A DNA stretch of 41,248 bases from Chthonomonadales bacterium (GTDB lineage: Bacteria; Armatimonadota; Chthonomonadetes; Chthonomonadales; CAJBBX01). Shown here one piece after another: positions 1 through 9,866 of the stretch. Numbering within the stretch: position 1 is the first letter of the stretch; each line of letters opens with the position of its first letter. The stretch is taken from assembly GCA_049967475.1 (NCBI GenBank), contig JBMFSQ010000030.1:1-41248 (forward strand), written 5' to 3'. Both the position numbers and the translations under genes were made by a program. Below the pieces are notes generated by a model. That model was not told where the DNA came from. It worked only from the letters and a program-made list of their open reading frames with translations, and did no database searches.

Positions 1-82
1 GCCCAACACCATGCCGCCGGCTTCAACGGCGCCATCTCCCCTTCAGAATGGGCTGGCGGCGGACCTCTCTAGAGAGCTGGCC

Positions 83-919
83 TCATCCCTTCATGGCGCC
101 TAATTTGGCTTGGAGCAGATCCACCAGTTCTGAAAGGTTGATGCGGATGCCGAGCATCGGGAACCCGCCGCCGAACGGACCTCCCGGCTGCATCGGCATG
201 TTTCGAGGGCCCATCCGGCCGGGCCCACCCGGCCCTGTAAAGGGACCGCCGAGCCCTCCTTGCGGGGGTTGGGGCGCATTTCCCGGTTCAGCAGGACCGT
301 TCCCCGGTCCAACCGGTGGCACTGGGCCCGGCCCGAAACCGCCCGGCTGCCCCGGTCCGGGTCCCGGCGCTCCCGGCTGGAACGGACGGTTCTGTGGCCC
401 CATAGCGCCCATCCATGGCTGAGGACCTTCCACGAGCATTCTGAGGCCCCGAGCCTTCTGGGGACCGATGGAACGCTCCAGGGCATCCCAATCTGCGGCC
501 TGCTGCTGACCGTAGCGGGCCAACAATTGCCCCAATCGCGGGCCGCTCTCAGCAGGGGGGAGGGATCCTGCATCCGCCGCAAGGAGGGCACGGTATTCCT
601 CATCCAGGATCTGCGCGGCCTGATCCTGGAGTGTACGTTCCGCACCGGCCAGGCGTTTGAGAATGGGCAAAGCCGTTTCGATTTCCCGGCGGCTCAGTCC
701 AAGAGTGACAATATGCCGTAGGGCCACGATTTTGGCCACCTTGCGCGCCAATTCCGGCGATTGGATCCCTGGCGGAAGGCCCATGGCAGGCTGCTGCATC
801 ATGCCGGCTCCAGGGGGCATACCGGGAGGTCCTGGAAATCCCTGGGCCAGACCGATCGCCTCAGTCAAAACGAGGAACGCTCCAACCGTCATAATCTTCC
901 GGCAGGTGCTCATCTTCAT
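83..919 (-). CDS. Exported Pro/Gly-rich protein with central helical domain; third gene of ECF operon
   Basis: Signal-peptide-like N-terminus (RKIMTVGAFLVLTEAIGLAQ); P/G/Q/M-rich flanks around a helical core; ATGA overlap with upstream gene at 916-919. Confidence 0.75.
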   Translation of the reverse strand: MKMSTCRKIMTVGAFLVLTEAIGLAQGFPGPPGMPPGAGMMQQPAMGLPPGIQSPELARKVAKIVALRHIVTLGLSRREIETALPILKRLAGAERTLQDQAAQILDEEYRALLAADAGSLPPAESGPRLGQLLARYGQQQAADWDALERSIGPQKARGLRMLVEGPQPWMGAMGPQNRPFQPGAPGPGPGQPGGFGPGPVPPVGPGNGPAEPGNAPQPPQGGLGGPFTGPGGPGRMGPRNMPMQPGGPFGGGFPMLGIRINLSELVDLLQAKLGAMKG

Positions 920-1773
920 GATCCTTTCTTGAGGGTAACTCCAGACGAAGGGGAGGCGCCGAGGACGGAGGCATACGCGGCGATGGCGCCGGAAATATCG
1001 CCTACTCGTTCAGCCGTGCGTCCTAAGCGCATCGCGAGTTCGGGCCGAGGCCAATAGGCATAAGCCTGGCCATACGCCCATCGGGCGGCGGGGTAGTTGC
1101 CTGCCTCCTCGTAGTAGGCGCCCCACCGCGCCCACGCTTCTCCTGCATCTGCAGCGCCGGGCGTGTCCGTTGAATACGCAAGTTCCTTTCGCCGCTCGGG
1201 CATGTTGCATCGTTTCGCGGCGGCGAACCAAGCCCGGTACCGCGGGCAGTGAAGCGATCGGGGATGCCTCAGATGCGGCCGATTGTGCCTCCGGAGAATC
1301 CTGTGCCGCGGAAACTTCCGCCCGGTGGCTGAAACAATCGTCCCGTGCGTGTGCGCCTCCCCAGATCTGCCCAAAATGGACGCCGTGCGGACAATCGCCG
1401 GCATTGCGGTGCGTGGGCCGGAAAGAACGGATAGGGTGCGGGTGGAATGGCAGTTGCCCCAACCAGACACTCCGGCAAAGAATACAAGGGCACCGAGCGC
1501 GCCTGCTGCAGCAAGCCAGCCTGGTGCGGCGAAGCGAAACCACAACGGCGGGTTGACCCGAGGAGCCCCATCCATCCCACAGCCTACAAAATGGGGGAGA
1601 ACCGACGGTTCGGCCGCCAAAGATGCCGTGAGGATCTGATAATCCGCCAAGGCATTCCGGCATTGCGCGCAGCGACACACGTGATGGTGCAGCCATGAAC
1701 CGGACCTTGGCGTCCGGTCTGAGGCCACGAGCTGCGAAAGCTTCCATTGAGCGTACATACACAGCATGGTCAT
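916..1773 (-). CDS. Zinc-binding (zf-HC2/ZAS) anti-sigma factor with TM helix and C-terminal TPR-like repeats
   Basis: HxxxCxxC motif (HVCRCAQC); hydrophobic segment WLAAAGALGALVFFAGV; TPR-like AWARWGAYYEEAGNYPAA...YGQA; ATGA overlap with ECF gene. Confidence 0.75.
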   Translation of the reverse strand: MTMLCMYAQWKLSQLVASDRTPRSGSWLHHHVCRCAQCRNALADYQILTASLAAEPSVLPHFVGCGMDGAPRVNPPLWFRFAAPGWLAAAGALGALVFFAGVSGWGNCHSTRTLSVLSGPRTAMPAIVRTASILGRSGEAHTHGTIVSATGRKFPRHRILRRHNRPHLRHPRSLHCPRYRAWFAAAKRCNMPERRKELAYSTDTPGAADAGEAWARWGAYYEEAGNYPAARWAYGQAYAYWPRPELAMRLGRTAERVGDISGAIAAYASVLGASPSSGVTLKKGS

Positions 1774-2339
1774 TCCGCTGTCTCTCTCAGAATGCGGCGA
1801 AGACGACGTAATCCCGCCGCGATGCGACCCATCACCGTGCTCCTCCGGAGCCCCAGGGCCAGGCCCGTCTCAGCCAGCGTCAATCCCAGCGTGTAATGCA
1901 TGAGCAGGGGTACGCGTTGTTCGTCCGGCAACCTTTCCACGGCGGCGGCAAGGATGGCGCGCCGTTCACCCAACAGCACCGCAACCTCCGGTGACGGAGA
2001 CGGGTCCAGTATATTCTCTGCAAGGGTCACTGTATCTCGCGTGCGCTTGCGCCGGACGGCATCGCGGCAGAGGTTCCGCACGATGCTCAGAAACCACGGC
2101 CCCCACGCATCCTCGGTGCGGTACCGATGGGCGGCCGTCATCGCCTTGACCATTGCTTCCTGCACCACGTCTTCTGCTTCCTCCCGATGCCTGAGCACAG
2201 CGAACGCATAGGCAAAGGCGATGCCCCGATACTGCTCGGCCAACCGAGCTACTTGCTCCTCTATGGATGAAGCAGCCTGGCGGGAAGCAGTGCTTGCCGT
2301 GGAGGGACCTGGGACGCACGTTGTAGATGCATCGGCCAT
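1770..2339 (-). CDS. ECF-type RNA polymerase sigma-70 factor
   Basis: Region 2 (AEDVVQEAM, WFLSIVRNLCRD) and region 4 (LPDEQRVPLLM...GLTLAETG...STV...IAAG). Confidence 0.92.
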   Translation of the reverse strand: MADASTTCVPGPSTASTASRQAASSIEEQVARLAEQYRGIAFAYAFAVLRHREEAEDVVQEAMVKAMTAAHRYRTEDAWGPWFLSIVRNLCRDAVRRKRTRDTVTLAENILDPSPSPEVAVLLGERRAILAAAVERLPDEQRVPLLMHYTLGLTLAETGLALGLRRSTVMGRIAAGLRRLRRILRETAE

Positions 2340-2374
2340 GGCGTTAGGGGAACGCAGAGGTTCCGTTCACCTAA

Positions 2375-2402
2375 TATACGCACGACGCCGGCGAATGAAA
2401 CA
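2375..2402 (-). promoter_or_regulatory. Putative ECF-dependent autoregulatory promoter TGTTTC-N16-CGTATA
   Basis: Spacing and -10 CGTA resemble SigW-type TGAAAC-N16-CGTA; lies 35 nt upstream of the ECF start. Confidence 0.45.
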
Positions 2403-2695
2403 GCGGATTTGCTGCTGCCCATTTCCCGCCGATCCGATTGCGCCCGGCAGCAAACCGTGTTTGAACCCGTTGCCCATCAGGTGATGGATGCCGGCCTTCC
2501 CGCCGCCACTTCGATCACAGGGTGATTGAGACACGGTGAACGGCCGCGCGGATGCAATGGACGAGGCGGCGGATGCAAGCCAGCGGCAATCCGAGCCCCA
2601 TGCAGGCAGTGCCGGCCAAGAAGCACGGGCGCGCCGGTTCCCAATGGGCATCCCTCATCAGAACGCTGGGGTGGGAGCGAGGCTGCCCGGCACTG

Positions 2696-4900
2696 TCATT
2701 TCACCGCATTCTTGCGGGAGGCGCTCTGCGCGCGGACAGGCTCCAGGTACGCAGCAAGGTCGTCTGCTACCTCTGGGGTTACAAAGGTTGCCGGATGCCC
2801 CGAAGCCACGTGGAGTGTCTGCTGCTGAAGCGCCTGGCCCTGGCGCGTGTCCCACCATACCAGGCGGTAATCCCCTGGTTTCATGCCTGCCAGGATGATA
2901 CGCCCCTGGCCAGGAGACGGCCCATTCCGATTGAGGATCCACAGACCTGCGAAGTTCGGCGCCGAACGGCCGATGACGGCGAGAGAAGGGGCATAGGGAT
3001 TGAGCACGAAGCGGTCCACACGCACCCAATCGGCACCCTCGTTTTCCACCTCAACCGTGTGGGCTCCTGTAGGCACCCTCACTTCGACAAATTCGTTGAC
3101 CCCATGCTGGCGGCCTTCGCCCGGAATCTCCTTGGAACCGGCAACCGAGCCATCTACGCGGACGAGCACGTGGCCACCTCCTGCGGACACCTGGTCTATT
3201 TCCACGCGAAACGTCCCTGAAGCAGGGTAATCCACATGGAACCGTATCAACGGCAGCATCTGTTTGTGCGCAGTCCCCTGGAGATACGATGGCAGCGCTG
3301 CCAGACCCGCCACATACCCAGTCGGCAATACTGTGAAGTCCGTCTGTTTAGCGGTTGACCATCCTCCGCCGGGGCTTACGGCCAGCGATGCGCGCGACGG
3401 GGTGTCTACCTCCGGTGCGGCGGCAACCAACCCTCGTCTGCTTGGAAGCCCAGACGCAGCCAGGAAGGCAGCCGCTGCGTGGAAATCCTGATACACGTCC
3501 AGCCGATCCACTTCGTGCCAGTCCCAAAGCTGCGCGCCTCCGGAAGGCGACCCCATAATGCCCGCCCAAATGGTGTTGTGGTACCATGCGTGGGTACCGT
3601 CGCCCTGGGGCCTCGCCGGGCCGAACTCGCCGAAGAAGATGGGTCGGCGGTGTTCTCGGGTGGGAAGTTCTGCAGCCGCCAAAGGCGCCGGCGGATAGGC
3701 ATGGGGTTGCAGGTAATCCATCTCTTCCCACACCTTCATGAGGTCCATGCTGGAGCTGCTGGTGATAAGGTGTTTGTACGGATCCTGCTGGCGAATGAAG
3801 CGCGCCATCTCGCGGTGCCATGCCGCAACTTCATCTTCATGGTGGTGAAGCACCGCATCCGTGTATTGAACCTCGTTGAAGAGTTCCCACGCCATGATCG
3901 CCGGCGAATAACCCCATCGCGCAATGATGTAGCGGTACTTGGCCTTCGTAAGGGCAATCGCGCGTGGATTGGTGAAGAACTCGTCCGGAGTGCTCAGGAA
4001 ACCGCCGTTCTTCACGTTCCAAGGGTTCTGGTCCCAATTGCTGTCGGTCTGCGTGCTGTACTGACCGTGATGTTGGAGCACCATCTGGAAGTGGATATGG
4101 TTCTTTTCGGCGGCAGCTACGATGGCATCCCACTTGCGGGCTACGTCGAGGCTCAGTTGCCCCACAGGGAGCGAACCGGAGGGGAGCCAGTCCAAATTCT
4201 TGCCGTCCCAGGCATCCATCCAGATGCGCGACCAGTTTTCGCCAGCCTTTCCCATCTTTTCCAGGCGGCCCTCGATGTCTCCCGGCTTGCCGTCTCCCCA
4301 TGCCTGGTTGTTCCCCAGAGGGAAGAACGTCGTGCCGTTCTCAAACTGGAAACGGCGGCCGTCGCTCGGGTCAATCCGGATGAAGCCGGGAGCGGGCGTT
4401 CCGCTGACCTGAAATTCCCGCTTTTCCAGCTTTTCAGGGTTCACCGGCATCCCGTTGAGTGTAACCGATGCCACCTCCAATCGGCCGGGCATCTGGGGGG
4501 TATAGCGCGCCCGCCACGTGGTGCCCCCGTCGAAGAAGGCCGGGATCTTGACGCTTCGGCCGGCGGGGGTTGCAAATGTGACGATGACGTCATTCTGAGT
4601 GTAGTCGAATGGGTTGCCATGGATCTGCGGAAGCTGGAAGCTCACCTCGACCATCGGATAGGTTCTGCGCCCCGCGGCTTCCTGCGAACCCCGATCTGCC
4701 CCTGTGGGGCTATACCCCTGGTAGCCGCTGTAGTTACCGGACAACGGCGTATCCGTTCCCCCAGGCCGCGTGCTGCTGAGCAAATCTGCCCCTCCGCAGC
4801 CAAGGACCGATAGCAGTACAAATCCTTGCATCGAGGCCACAATCAAGCGGGCAGCCACTCCGACTATGTTCCGTACTGCATGCCGATGACGCATCTGCAT
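2696..4900 (-). CDS. DUF5060-containing clan GH-A (GH5-like) glycoside hydrolase lipoprotein; start uncertain
   Basis: Lipobox-like VLGC; NPFD motif; WELFNE (acid/base) and FFGEFG (nucleophile); C-terminal beta-sandwich/CBM-like region. Confidence 0.8.
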   Translation of the reverse strand: MQMRHRHAVRNIVGVAARLIVASMQGFVLLSVLGCGGADLLSSTRPGGTDTPLSGNYSGYQGYSPTGADRGSQEAAGRRTYPMVEVSFQLPQIHGNPFDYTQNDVIVTFATPAGRSVKIPAFFDGGTTWRARYTPQMPGRLEVASVTLNGMPVNPEKLEKREFQVSGTPAPGFIRIDPSDGRRFQFENGTTFFPLGNNQAWGDGKPGDIEGRLEKMGKAGENWSRIWMDAWDGKNLDWLPSGSLPVGQLSLDVARKWDAIVAAAEKNHIHFQMVLQHHGQYSTQTDSNWDQNPWNVKNGGFLSTPDEFFTNPRAIALTKAKYRYIIARWGYSPAIMAWELFNEVQYTDAVLHHHEDEVAAWHREMARFIRQQDPYKHLITSSSSMDLMKVWEEMDYLQPHAYPPAPLAAAELPTREHRRPIFFGEFGPARPQGDGTHAWYHNTIWAGIMGSPSGGAQLWDWHEVDRLDVYQDFHAAAAFLAASGLPSRRGLVAAAPEVDTPSRASLAVSPGGGWSTAKQTDFTVLPTGYVAGLAALPSYLQGTAHKQMLPLIRFHVDYPASGTFRVEIDQVSAGGGHVLVRVDGSVAGSKEIPGEGRQHGVNEFVEVRVPTGAHTVEVENEGADWVRVDRFVLNPYAPSLAVIGRSAPNFAGLWILNRNGPSPGQGRIILAGMKPGDYRLVWWDTRQGQALQQQTLHVASGHPATFVTPEVADDLAAYLEPVRAQSASRKNAVK

Positions 4901-5068
4901 CCACCTTACGCGCGATGGTCAAGTGGTGTTCGCGCGTTTTCCCATACGGCAGTCCTCCGAGCCCTTGCCGTGCTTTCCCCCTGCTGAGCCCTCTCTTATT
5001 CTCGGCATCTCAGCAGGCGTCGTTTCCGGCTGAAGTCTGCCGTCCGGTTGCGCAGCGCGCCGGATCCT

Positions 5069-5581
5069 TCAGCCGTTGGACGGCGGCACGGGTGTCGGCA
5101 GCAACGCTTCCCATTCCTGGAACGTCCTGCGCGTGTGCTGGGAATACTCCTTCATCAGTTCGAGTGCCAGCGGTGTAGGTGCGACGCGCCTCACCCGGGC
5201 GATAGGGCATGGGAGCCATTCCACATGACCCATGAGGCGGCATACAAGGGGCCGTACAGGATAAATCGCACATCTGTGGAGCTCCATATCCCGGTAGGGA
5301 CACAGCCGCACGGACACCCCGTCTCCCAGCTCTACCTCCTTGGATTGGGCACGCACCCGCTGGATATAGTCCCGATCTTCGGATCCTAATATATACTGTC
5401 GAACGGCTTCAAACTCACCTTGTGACAGCTTTACGCCTGCTTCGCAACGAAGACCGCACTCATCACACCCATCGCAGGTGGAGAGATCCACCGTTCCTAG
5501 AACCGCAGCGGCGAGTTTCGCCAGAGCGGCTGCGCCATGCCCGGCCTGCGCATCCCGGCGGTTTTCGATCTTCGCCGTCAT
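5069..5581 (-). CDS. YkgJ-family cysteine-cluster protein
   Basis: CDGCDECGLRC ... CPY...CAIYPVRPLVCR; start moved to ATG 5581 (ATGA overlap with upstream stop). Confidence 0.8.
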   Translation of the reverse strand: MTAKIENRRDAQAGHGAAALAKLAAAVLGTVDLSTCDGCDECGLRCEAGVKLSQGEFEAVRQYILGSEDRDYIQRVRAQSKEVELGDGVSVRLCPYRDMELHRCAIYPVRPLVCRLMGHVEWLPCPIARVRRVAPTPLALELMKEYSQHTRRTFQEWEALLPTPVPPSNG

Positions 5582-6759
5582 GGACGTACGCTCAGGTTGC
5601 CTTCGCTCGCAGGTGCGCTCGTTGATTGCGGATAGAACTGAAGTGTGACGCCGCATTTGCGCGCACGCGCGGGATCCACCCAACTCTGGTACGCTCGCGG
5701 CACTGCAGCAATGGTGGGGGATCCGTCGCTATAGTAGCGCAGATTGGGGTGCTCGTCAAAGAACTTGATCCAGTACTCCAGGGTGCCTACCCGATAGCTC
5801 TTGCCCCCATCGGGCGTGATGCGTTCGATGTTGTAAGGGTCGAATGGGCAGAGCGATCCGCCATCCGTGATCTTGCGGCTGTTCCTGGTGATAGGCGATA
5901 GAACGGGTCGCCAGGCAGCCTTTATGATCGCGGTATTGTGATAATGCGTCCCGCCCTGTTCGCCATCCAACAGATAGCGGCGCGCGTCCTTCCTCGGCAC
6001 CTGACCATAGGGCAAGGCGAGGATGTCCATCTGAGCGTTCGGGTTGATGGCCCGGGCATCCCGCACTGCCGTCGCGAGTTCCCATTGCACGCGTTCTGCC
6101 GTCATCCCGCGCATGGAGGAATGGGTCGAGGTGTGGTTTTGGATCTCGTACCCGTTCTTCAGGAGGTACGCGAATTTGTCTGCTACGCTGTCGGCTTGGC
6201 CGAAAGGTTCCTGATTGCGTCCCTCCTTGGGAAGCACGAAGAAGGTCCCTTTGGTAGGCCAATCCGGATGGGTTTTGTGGAATGTCTCGAGGATGCCTAC
6301 GGCACAATCCGGTGCGATAGAGGGCTTGCCGTCGGATCCTGTGATGACCTTGAATTGCGTAGGGGATGCGTCATCGAAAGTGAGCACGATGGGCGTTTTA
6401 CCTCCTGGAACGTCCATCTTGCCGCTAAGAAACTCGGAAAGGGTTACCGGGCGGTACCCACGCTTGTAAAAAGCCTCCAGATCCTTGCGGAACGTGTCCG
6501 GCCTGCGGTTGAGATCCGAATCCGGGCGGTTTGGATCGAAATGATGGTACATTACGATCATCACTGCGCCGGCCTCGTTGGCGTGGTAACTCTTCAGCTC
6601 GGCGTCGCTCAACCGCGCAGGTTCGGCGGGTTTGGCCGGAAGCGCCGCTACCTTTGGATGTTGCTGATGGCACCCCGCCAAGGCAATAAGGATGGTCAAA
6701 CAAACGGTAGCCGCTGCGGGTATCGCGACCCGGGGCAAAGGTGGAACTGCTGCTGGCAT
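5578..6759 (-). CDS. Polysaccharide deacetylase (CE4/NodB) family lipoprotein
   Basis: Lipobox LAGC; LTFDD, NHTSTH and LPYG motifs. Confidence 0.88.
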   Translation of the reverse strand: MPAAVPPLPRVAIPAAATVCLTILIALAGCHQQHPKVAALPAKPAEPARLSDAELKSYHANEAGAVMIVMYHHFDPNRPDSDLNRRPDTFRKDLEAFYKRGYRPVTLSEFLSGKMDVPGGKTPIVLTFDDASPTQFKVITGSDGKPSIAPDCAVGILETFHKTHPDWPTKGTFFVLPKEGRNQEPFGQADSVADKFAYLLKNGYEIQNHTSTHSSMRGMTAERVQWELATAVRDARAINPNAQMDILALPYGQVPRKDARRYLLDGEQGGTHYHNTAIIKAAWRPVLSPITRNSRKITDGGSLCPFDPYNIERITPDGGKSYRVGTLEYWIKFFDEHPNLRYYSDGSPTIAAVPRAYQSWVDPARARKCGVTLQFYPQSTSAPASEGNLSVRP

Positions 6760-6791
6760 AAAACTCTCCGGTGCATCCGTGCTTCGACTGA

Positions 6792-6820
6792 ATTATACGG
6801 CCTGCAGATGCAAAACACAA
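6792..6820 (-). promoter_or_regulatory. Putative sigma70 promoter TTGTGT-N17-TATAAT for the deacetylase operon
   Basis: Perfect -10 and 17-nt spacer, 32 nt upstream of the ATG. Confidence 0.55.
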
Positions 6821-7028
6821 CACGGGAGCGTCGGAGGCACACCTTTGATCCGCAGCGGAGGTTTGATAAGGTGATCCAACGGGAAGGATCCGCGCCGTGC
6901 GGCCGAAACGAAAGCCGCGCTGCGCACCGGAATGAAGCGCCATTCTCAAAACGCATGGATCCTCGCGCTCCTGGAGCAGGATGGCAAACGGTTCGAGGTG
7001 ATAGTGGCGCAGAAAGGACCGTCCCAGA

Positions 7029-7478
7029 GTGAGCAGGCCGCTCCATGACTACCGGAGGGTGCAGATGCAGTTGCGCCGGGAATTCGAGCCTTTCACCCGG
7101 CGCTATTGCCCGCAATGCGTGGAACCCTGTTGCCGCAAGCCCGCCCGCATCACCCCAACGGATATCCTGCTCGCCACCAGCCATGGCTGGCATCCAGGGC
7201 CGGAGTTTGCCGCCAGGGACCTGGTTGCCGAGGCTGCCGCCCTATGCGCAACGTGGCTGGAGGGGCATGAGGTCCCATCCACTGGAGAGCCATGCGATTT
7301 TCTTGGCCCCCGTGGATGCACGTTCCCTCACGACCTTCGTCCTTTCGGATGCACCATCTACATCTGCCCCATCATGCTCCGTGAGATGGATCGGGCGTCT
7401 CTGACGCGCATCCGCAGACTCATCCATGAGCTTACCCGCCACCATGCGGTCATCGCCAAGCTCATCTCCCCACGCTGA
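7029..7478 (+). CDS. YkgJ-like Cys-rich (Zn or Fe-S) protein
   Basis: CPQCVEPCC ... CDFLGPRGC...RPFGCTIYIC; GTG start with AAAGGA upstream. Confidence 0.72.
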   Translation: MSRPLHDYRRVQMQLRREFEPFTRRYCPQCVEPCCRKPARITPTDILLATSHGWHPGPEFAARDLVAEAAALCATWLEGHEVPSTGEPCDFLGPRGCTFPHDLRPFGCTIYICPIMLREMDRASLTRIRRLIHELTRHHAVIAKLISPR

Positions 7479-7505
7479 TCCTCCCGAAACGAGGCGCAGC
7501 ATGCC

Positions 7506-8363
7506 CTATCCGTTGTGCACTGCCGGGTCTTGTGCGCCGTCATCCCCCGCATCGGCAGCAAGCTCCGCCCCGAGCAGAAGGATTACCGCCGAGTAGAGGG
7601 CCCACACCATCAAGCTCACGATCGCCCCGAGGGGACCATAGATGCGGTTGAAGTGCCCGAGGCTCCGCACATACAGGCTGAAAAGGTACTTCGCAAACTC
7701 CCACGCAACTCCGGCGAACACGGCGCCCCGTATTGCGCGCCGCCACGGGATCGGGGGAGTAGGCAAGAACCGGTAGATCAAAGCGAACATCAGTACGGAT
7801 ACGGCCAGTGTGGCAGCCTGCGCCTCCAGGGGCACGAGGCGGGGCTGAAGCCCCCTCCAGATGCCCATAGAGGACCCAACCGATTGAACCCAAGCAACAA
7901 CAGACGTAACGGCTACCGAGGCCAACAGCAGAACAAGGGTCACCGCTGCGAGAACGAGTGCGACGATCCGCCGAGCGAGCCACTTCCGTTTTGCGCCACC
8001 GCCGCGCATTTGATGGAAGGCAGCCTCCATCGTACCAAAGATGGCGCTGCCAGGCAGCAGCAAACCTACCAGGCTTACGACGCTGGCGAGGCCGCTCGTA
8101 CGCCTTATTTGGTCGAGTGTCGTTGAAACCACATCCCCGCTCACCGGCAGCGCATCTTTAATAGCGTTCGTGACGCGATCCAGTGCGCCTGAAGAGCTAC
8201 CCAGCGCCATCCCCAACAGGGCAACGCCCAAAGAAAGGATGGGCACGATGGAAAGGATCGCATAGAAGGCGATGGCCGCCGCCATCATCGGGCCGGAATG
8301 GCGTATGTAGTTGTGGTATACGCGAAGCATGGTGTGCAACGCGCGCTTGCCCGACCTTACCAT
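7506..8363 (-). CDS. YihY/virulence factor BrkB family membrane protein; start uncertain (8330-8468)
   Basis: AAAIAFYAILS, IYRFLP and YGPLGAIVSLMVWALYSA..LLLGAE motifs; multiple TM helices. Confidence 0.9.
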   Translation of the reverse strand: MVRSGKRALHTMLRVYHNYIRHSGPMMAAAIAFYAILSIVPILSLGVALLGMALGSSSGALDRVTNAIKDALPVSGDVVSTTLDQIRRTSGLASVVSLVGLLLPGSAIFGTMEAAFHQMRGGGAKRKWLARRIVALVLAAVTLVLLLASVAVTSVVAWVQSVGSSMGIWRGLQPRLVPLEAQAATLAVSVLMFALIYRFLPTPPIPWRRAIRGAVFAGVAWEFAKYLFSLYVRSLGHFNRIYGPLGAIVSLMVWALYSAVILLLGAELAADAGDDGAQDPAVHNG

Positions 8364-8546
8364 GAAGGCCAACCCCCGGAAGATTAATGCCATGGTACCC
8401 AAGAAACACAACGTGACCGCACCAGCGGCAGGAAATCCGCAGAGGCAGCGGGAAACAACCCATAGCACCCTGCAGCCCGATGCAGCGGTGATCTAAAACG
8501 CAACCGGGGAAGGCGGCCGATACGCCTAACCTCGAAGGTAGGGAAG

Positions 8547-9866
8547 ATGCAAAGGATACAGCACTGGTTCCGCACACTCTTTGTGCCGGTTGCATTCATT
8601 CTTTGGTCAGCAGGAGCATACGCCCAGGGCCCCGGGTGGATCCGCCTCTTTGACGGCAAGACGTTGAACGGCTGGACACTGGTAAACGGTTCGGGCGTCG
8701 GATATGTGGTTCAGGACGGCCTACTGGTGTGCCCGTCGAATGGGGGAGGGGACCTGTACACCAACCAGGAATTCAGCGACTTCATCTTCCGATTTGACTT
8801 CCGCCTGGATCCGGGAGGCAACAACGGCATCAGCATCCGGTCCAACATGAAGGGCAGCGGCACGTATGATGCCGGAACCGAGATCCAGATCCTGGATGAC
8901 TACGACCCCATGTATGCGCATCTGGAACCCGGCCAATACTGCTGCGGAGTGTACAAGTTCATTCCTCCGAAACGCGGTGCCGAAAAGCCTGCGGGGCAAT
9001 GGAACCACGAAGAGATCACCCTCATCGGCCGCAAGATCCGCGTAACCCTCAACGGCAAAGAGGTGATCAACGCCGATTTCAACACCATTACAGACCCCAA
9101 GGTCTTCGCGGAACATCCTGCGCTGTGGCGAGACCGTGGACACATCGGGCTCCTGGGTCATGGTCCGGCAACCGTTGCATTTCGCAATCTTTGGGTGAAG
9201 GACCTCACCAAACCGCGCAAGGACAATGTACCGCCTCCTGGCTTTGTAGCGCTCTTTGACGGCAAGGATCTCAAGGGCTGGAAGGGGCTCGTTGCGGATC
9301 CTCCCACACGCGCCAAGATGAGCCCCCAGGAACTCGCCCGCGCTACAGCCAAAGCAACAGCAGAGGCCCTCAAACACTGGAAGGTCGTAGACGGGGTGAT
9401 CACTTACGACGGCAAGAACAACAATCTCTGCACAGTCAAGGATTACGGCGACTTTGAGCTTCTGGTGGATTGGAAGATCGAGCCTCATGGGGATAGCGGC
9501 ATCTATCTTCGGGGATGCCCCCAAGTGCAGATCTGGGACGATGTTCCGCCCATTGCAGCGCAGGTAGGTTCCGGCGGGCTCTACAACAACGTCAAGAACC
9601 CCAGCAATCCCCTGGTGAAGGCAGACAACCCTCCGGGACAGTGGAACCGTTTCCGCATCATCATGATTGGCGATAAGGTCACGGTATGGTTGAATGATGC
9701 CCTGGTGGTGAACAATGTAACCATGGAGAATTACTGGGAGCGCGACAAACCGATCTATTCGACAGGCCCCATCGAGCTCCAGCATCATGGCAGCCACCTT
9801 TGGTTCAAGAACATCTTCATCCGTGAAATCCCGCGCGCCCATCAACCGGCGGAAGCCAAGGAGTAG
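8547..9866 (+). CDS. Exported tandem DUF1080 (3-keto-disaccharide hydrolase family) protein
   Basis: Signal peptide; two repeats of LFDGK.L.GW...N/DSGI..R...E/QxQI.D...GQWN...G.I.LxxHG...FxN. Confidence 0.9.
   Translation: MQRIQHWFRTLFVPVAFILWSAGAYAQGPGWIRLFDGKTLNGWTLVNGSGVGYVVQDGLLVCPSNGGGDLYTNQEFSDFIFRFDFRLDPGGNNGISIRSNMKGSGTYDAGTEIQILDDYDPMYAHLEPGQYCCGVYKFIPPKRGAEKPAGQWNHEEITLIGRKIRVTLNGKEVINADFNTITDPKVFAEHPALWRDRGHIGLLGHGPATVAFRNLWVKDLTKPRKDNVPPPGFVALFDGKDLKGWKGLVADPPTRAKMSPQELARATAKATAEALKHWKVVDGVITYDGKNNNLCTVKDYGDFELLVDWKIEPHGDSGIYLRGCPQVQIWDDVPPIAAQVGSGGLYNNVKNPSNPLVKADNPPGQWNRFRIIMIGDKVTVWLNDALVVNNVTMENYWERDKPIYSTGPIELQHHGSHLWFKNIFIREIPRAHQPAEAKE

Noticed and set aside
150..420. Collagen-like or tandem DNA repeat in the Pro/Gly region
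   Set aside because: No sustained Gly-X-Y period and no exact DNA repeat unit; simply low complexity
2403..2695. Short ORFs between the GH5-like gene and the ECF gene
   Set aside because: No RBS, motif or coherent protein pattern in any frame examined
6860..6920. Hammerhead-like TTGATAAG...CGAAAC
   Set aside because: The core differs from CUGANGA, and stems I and III could not be built
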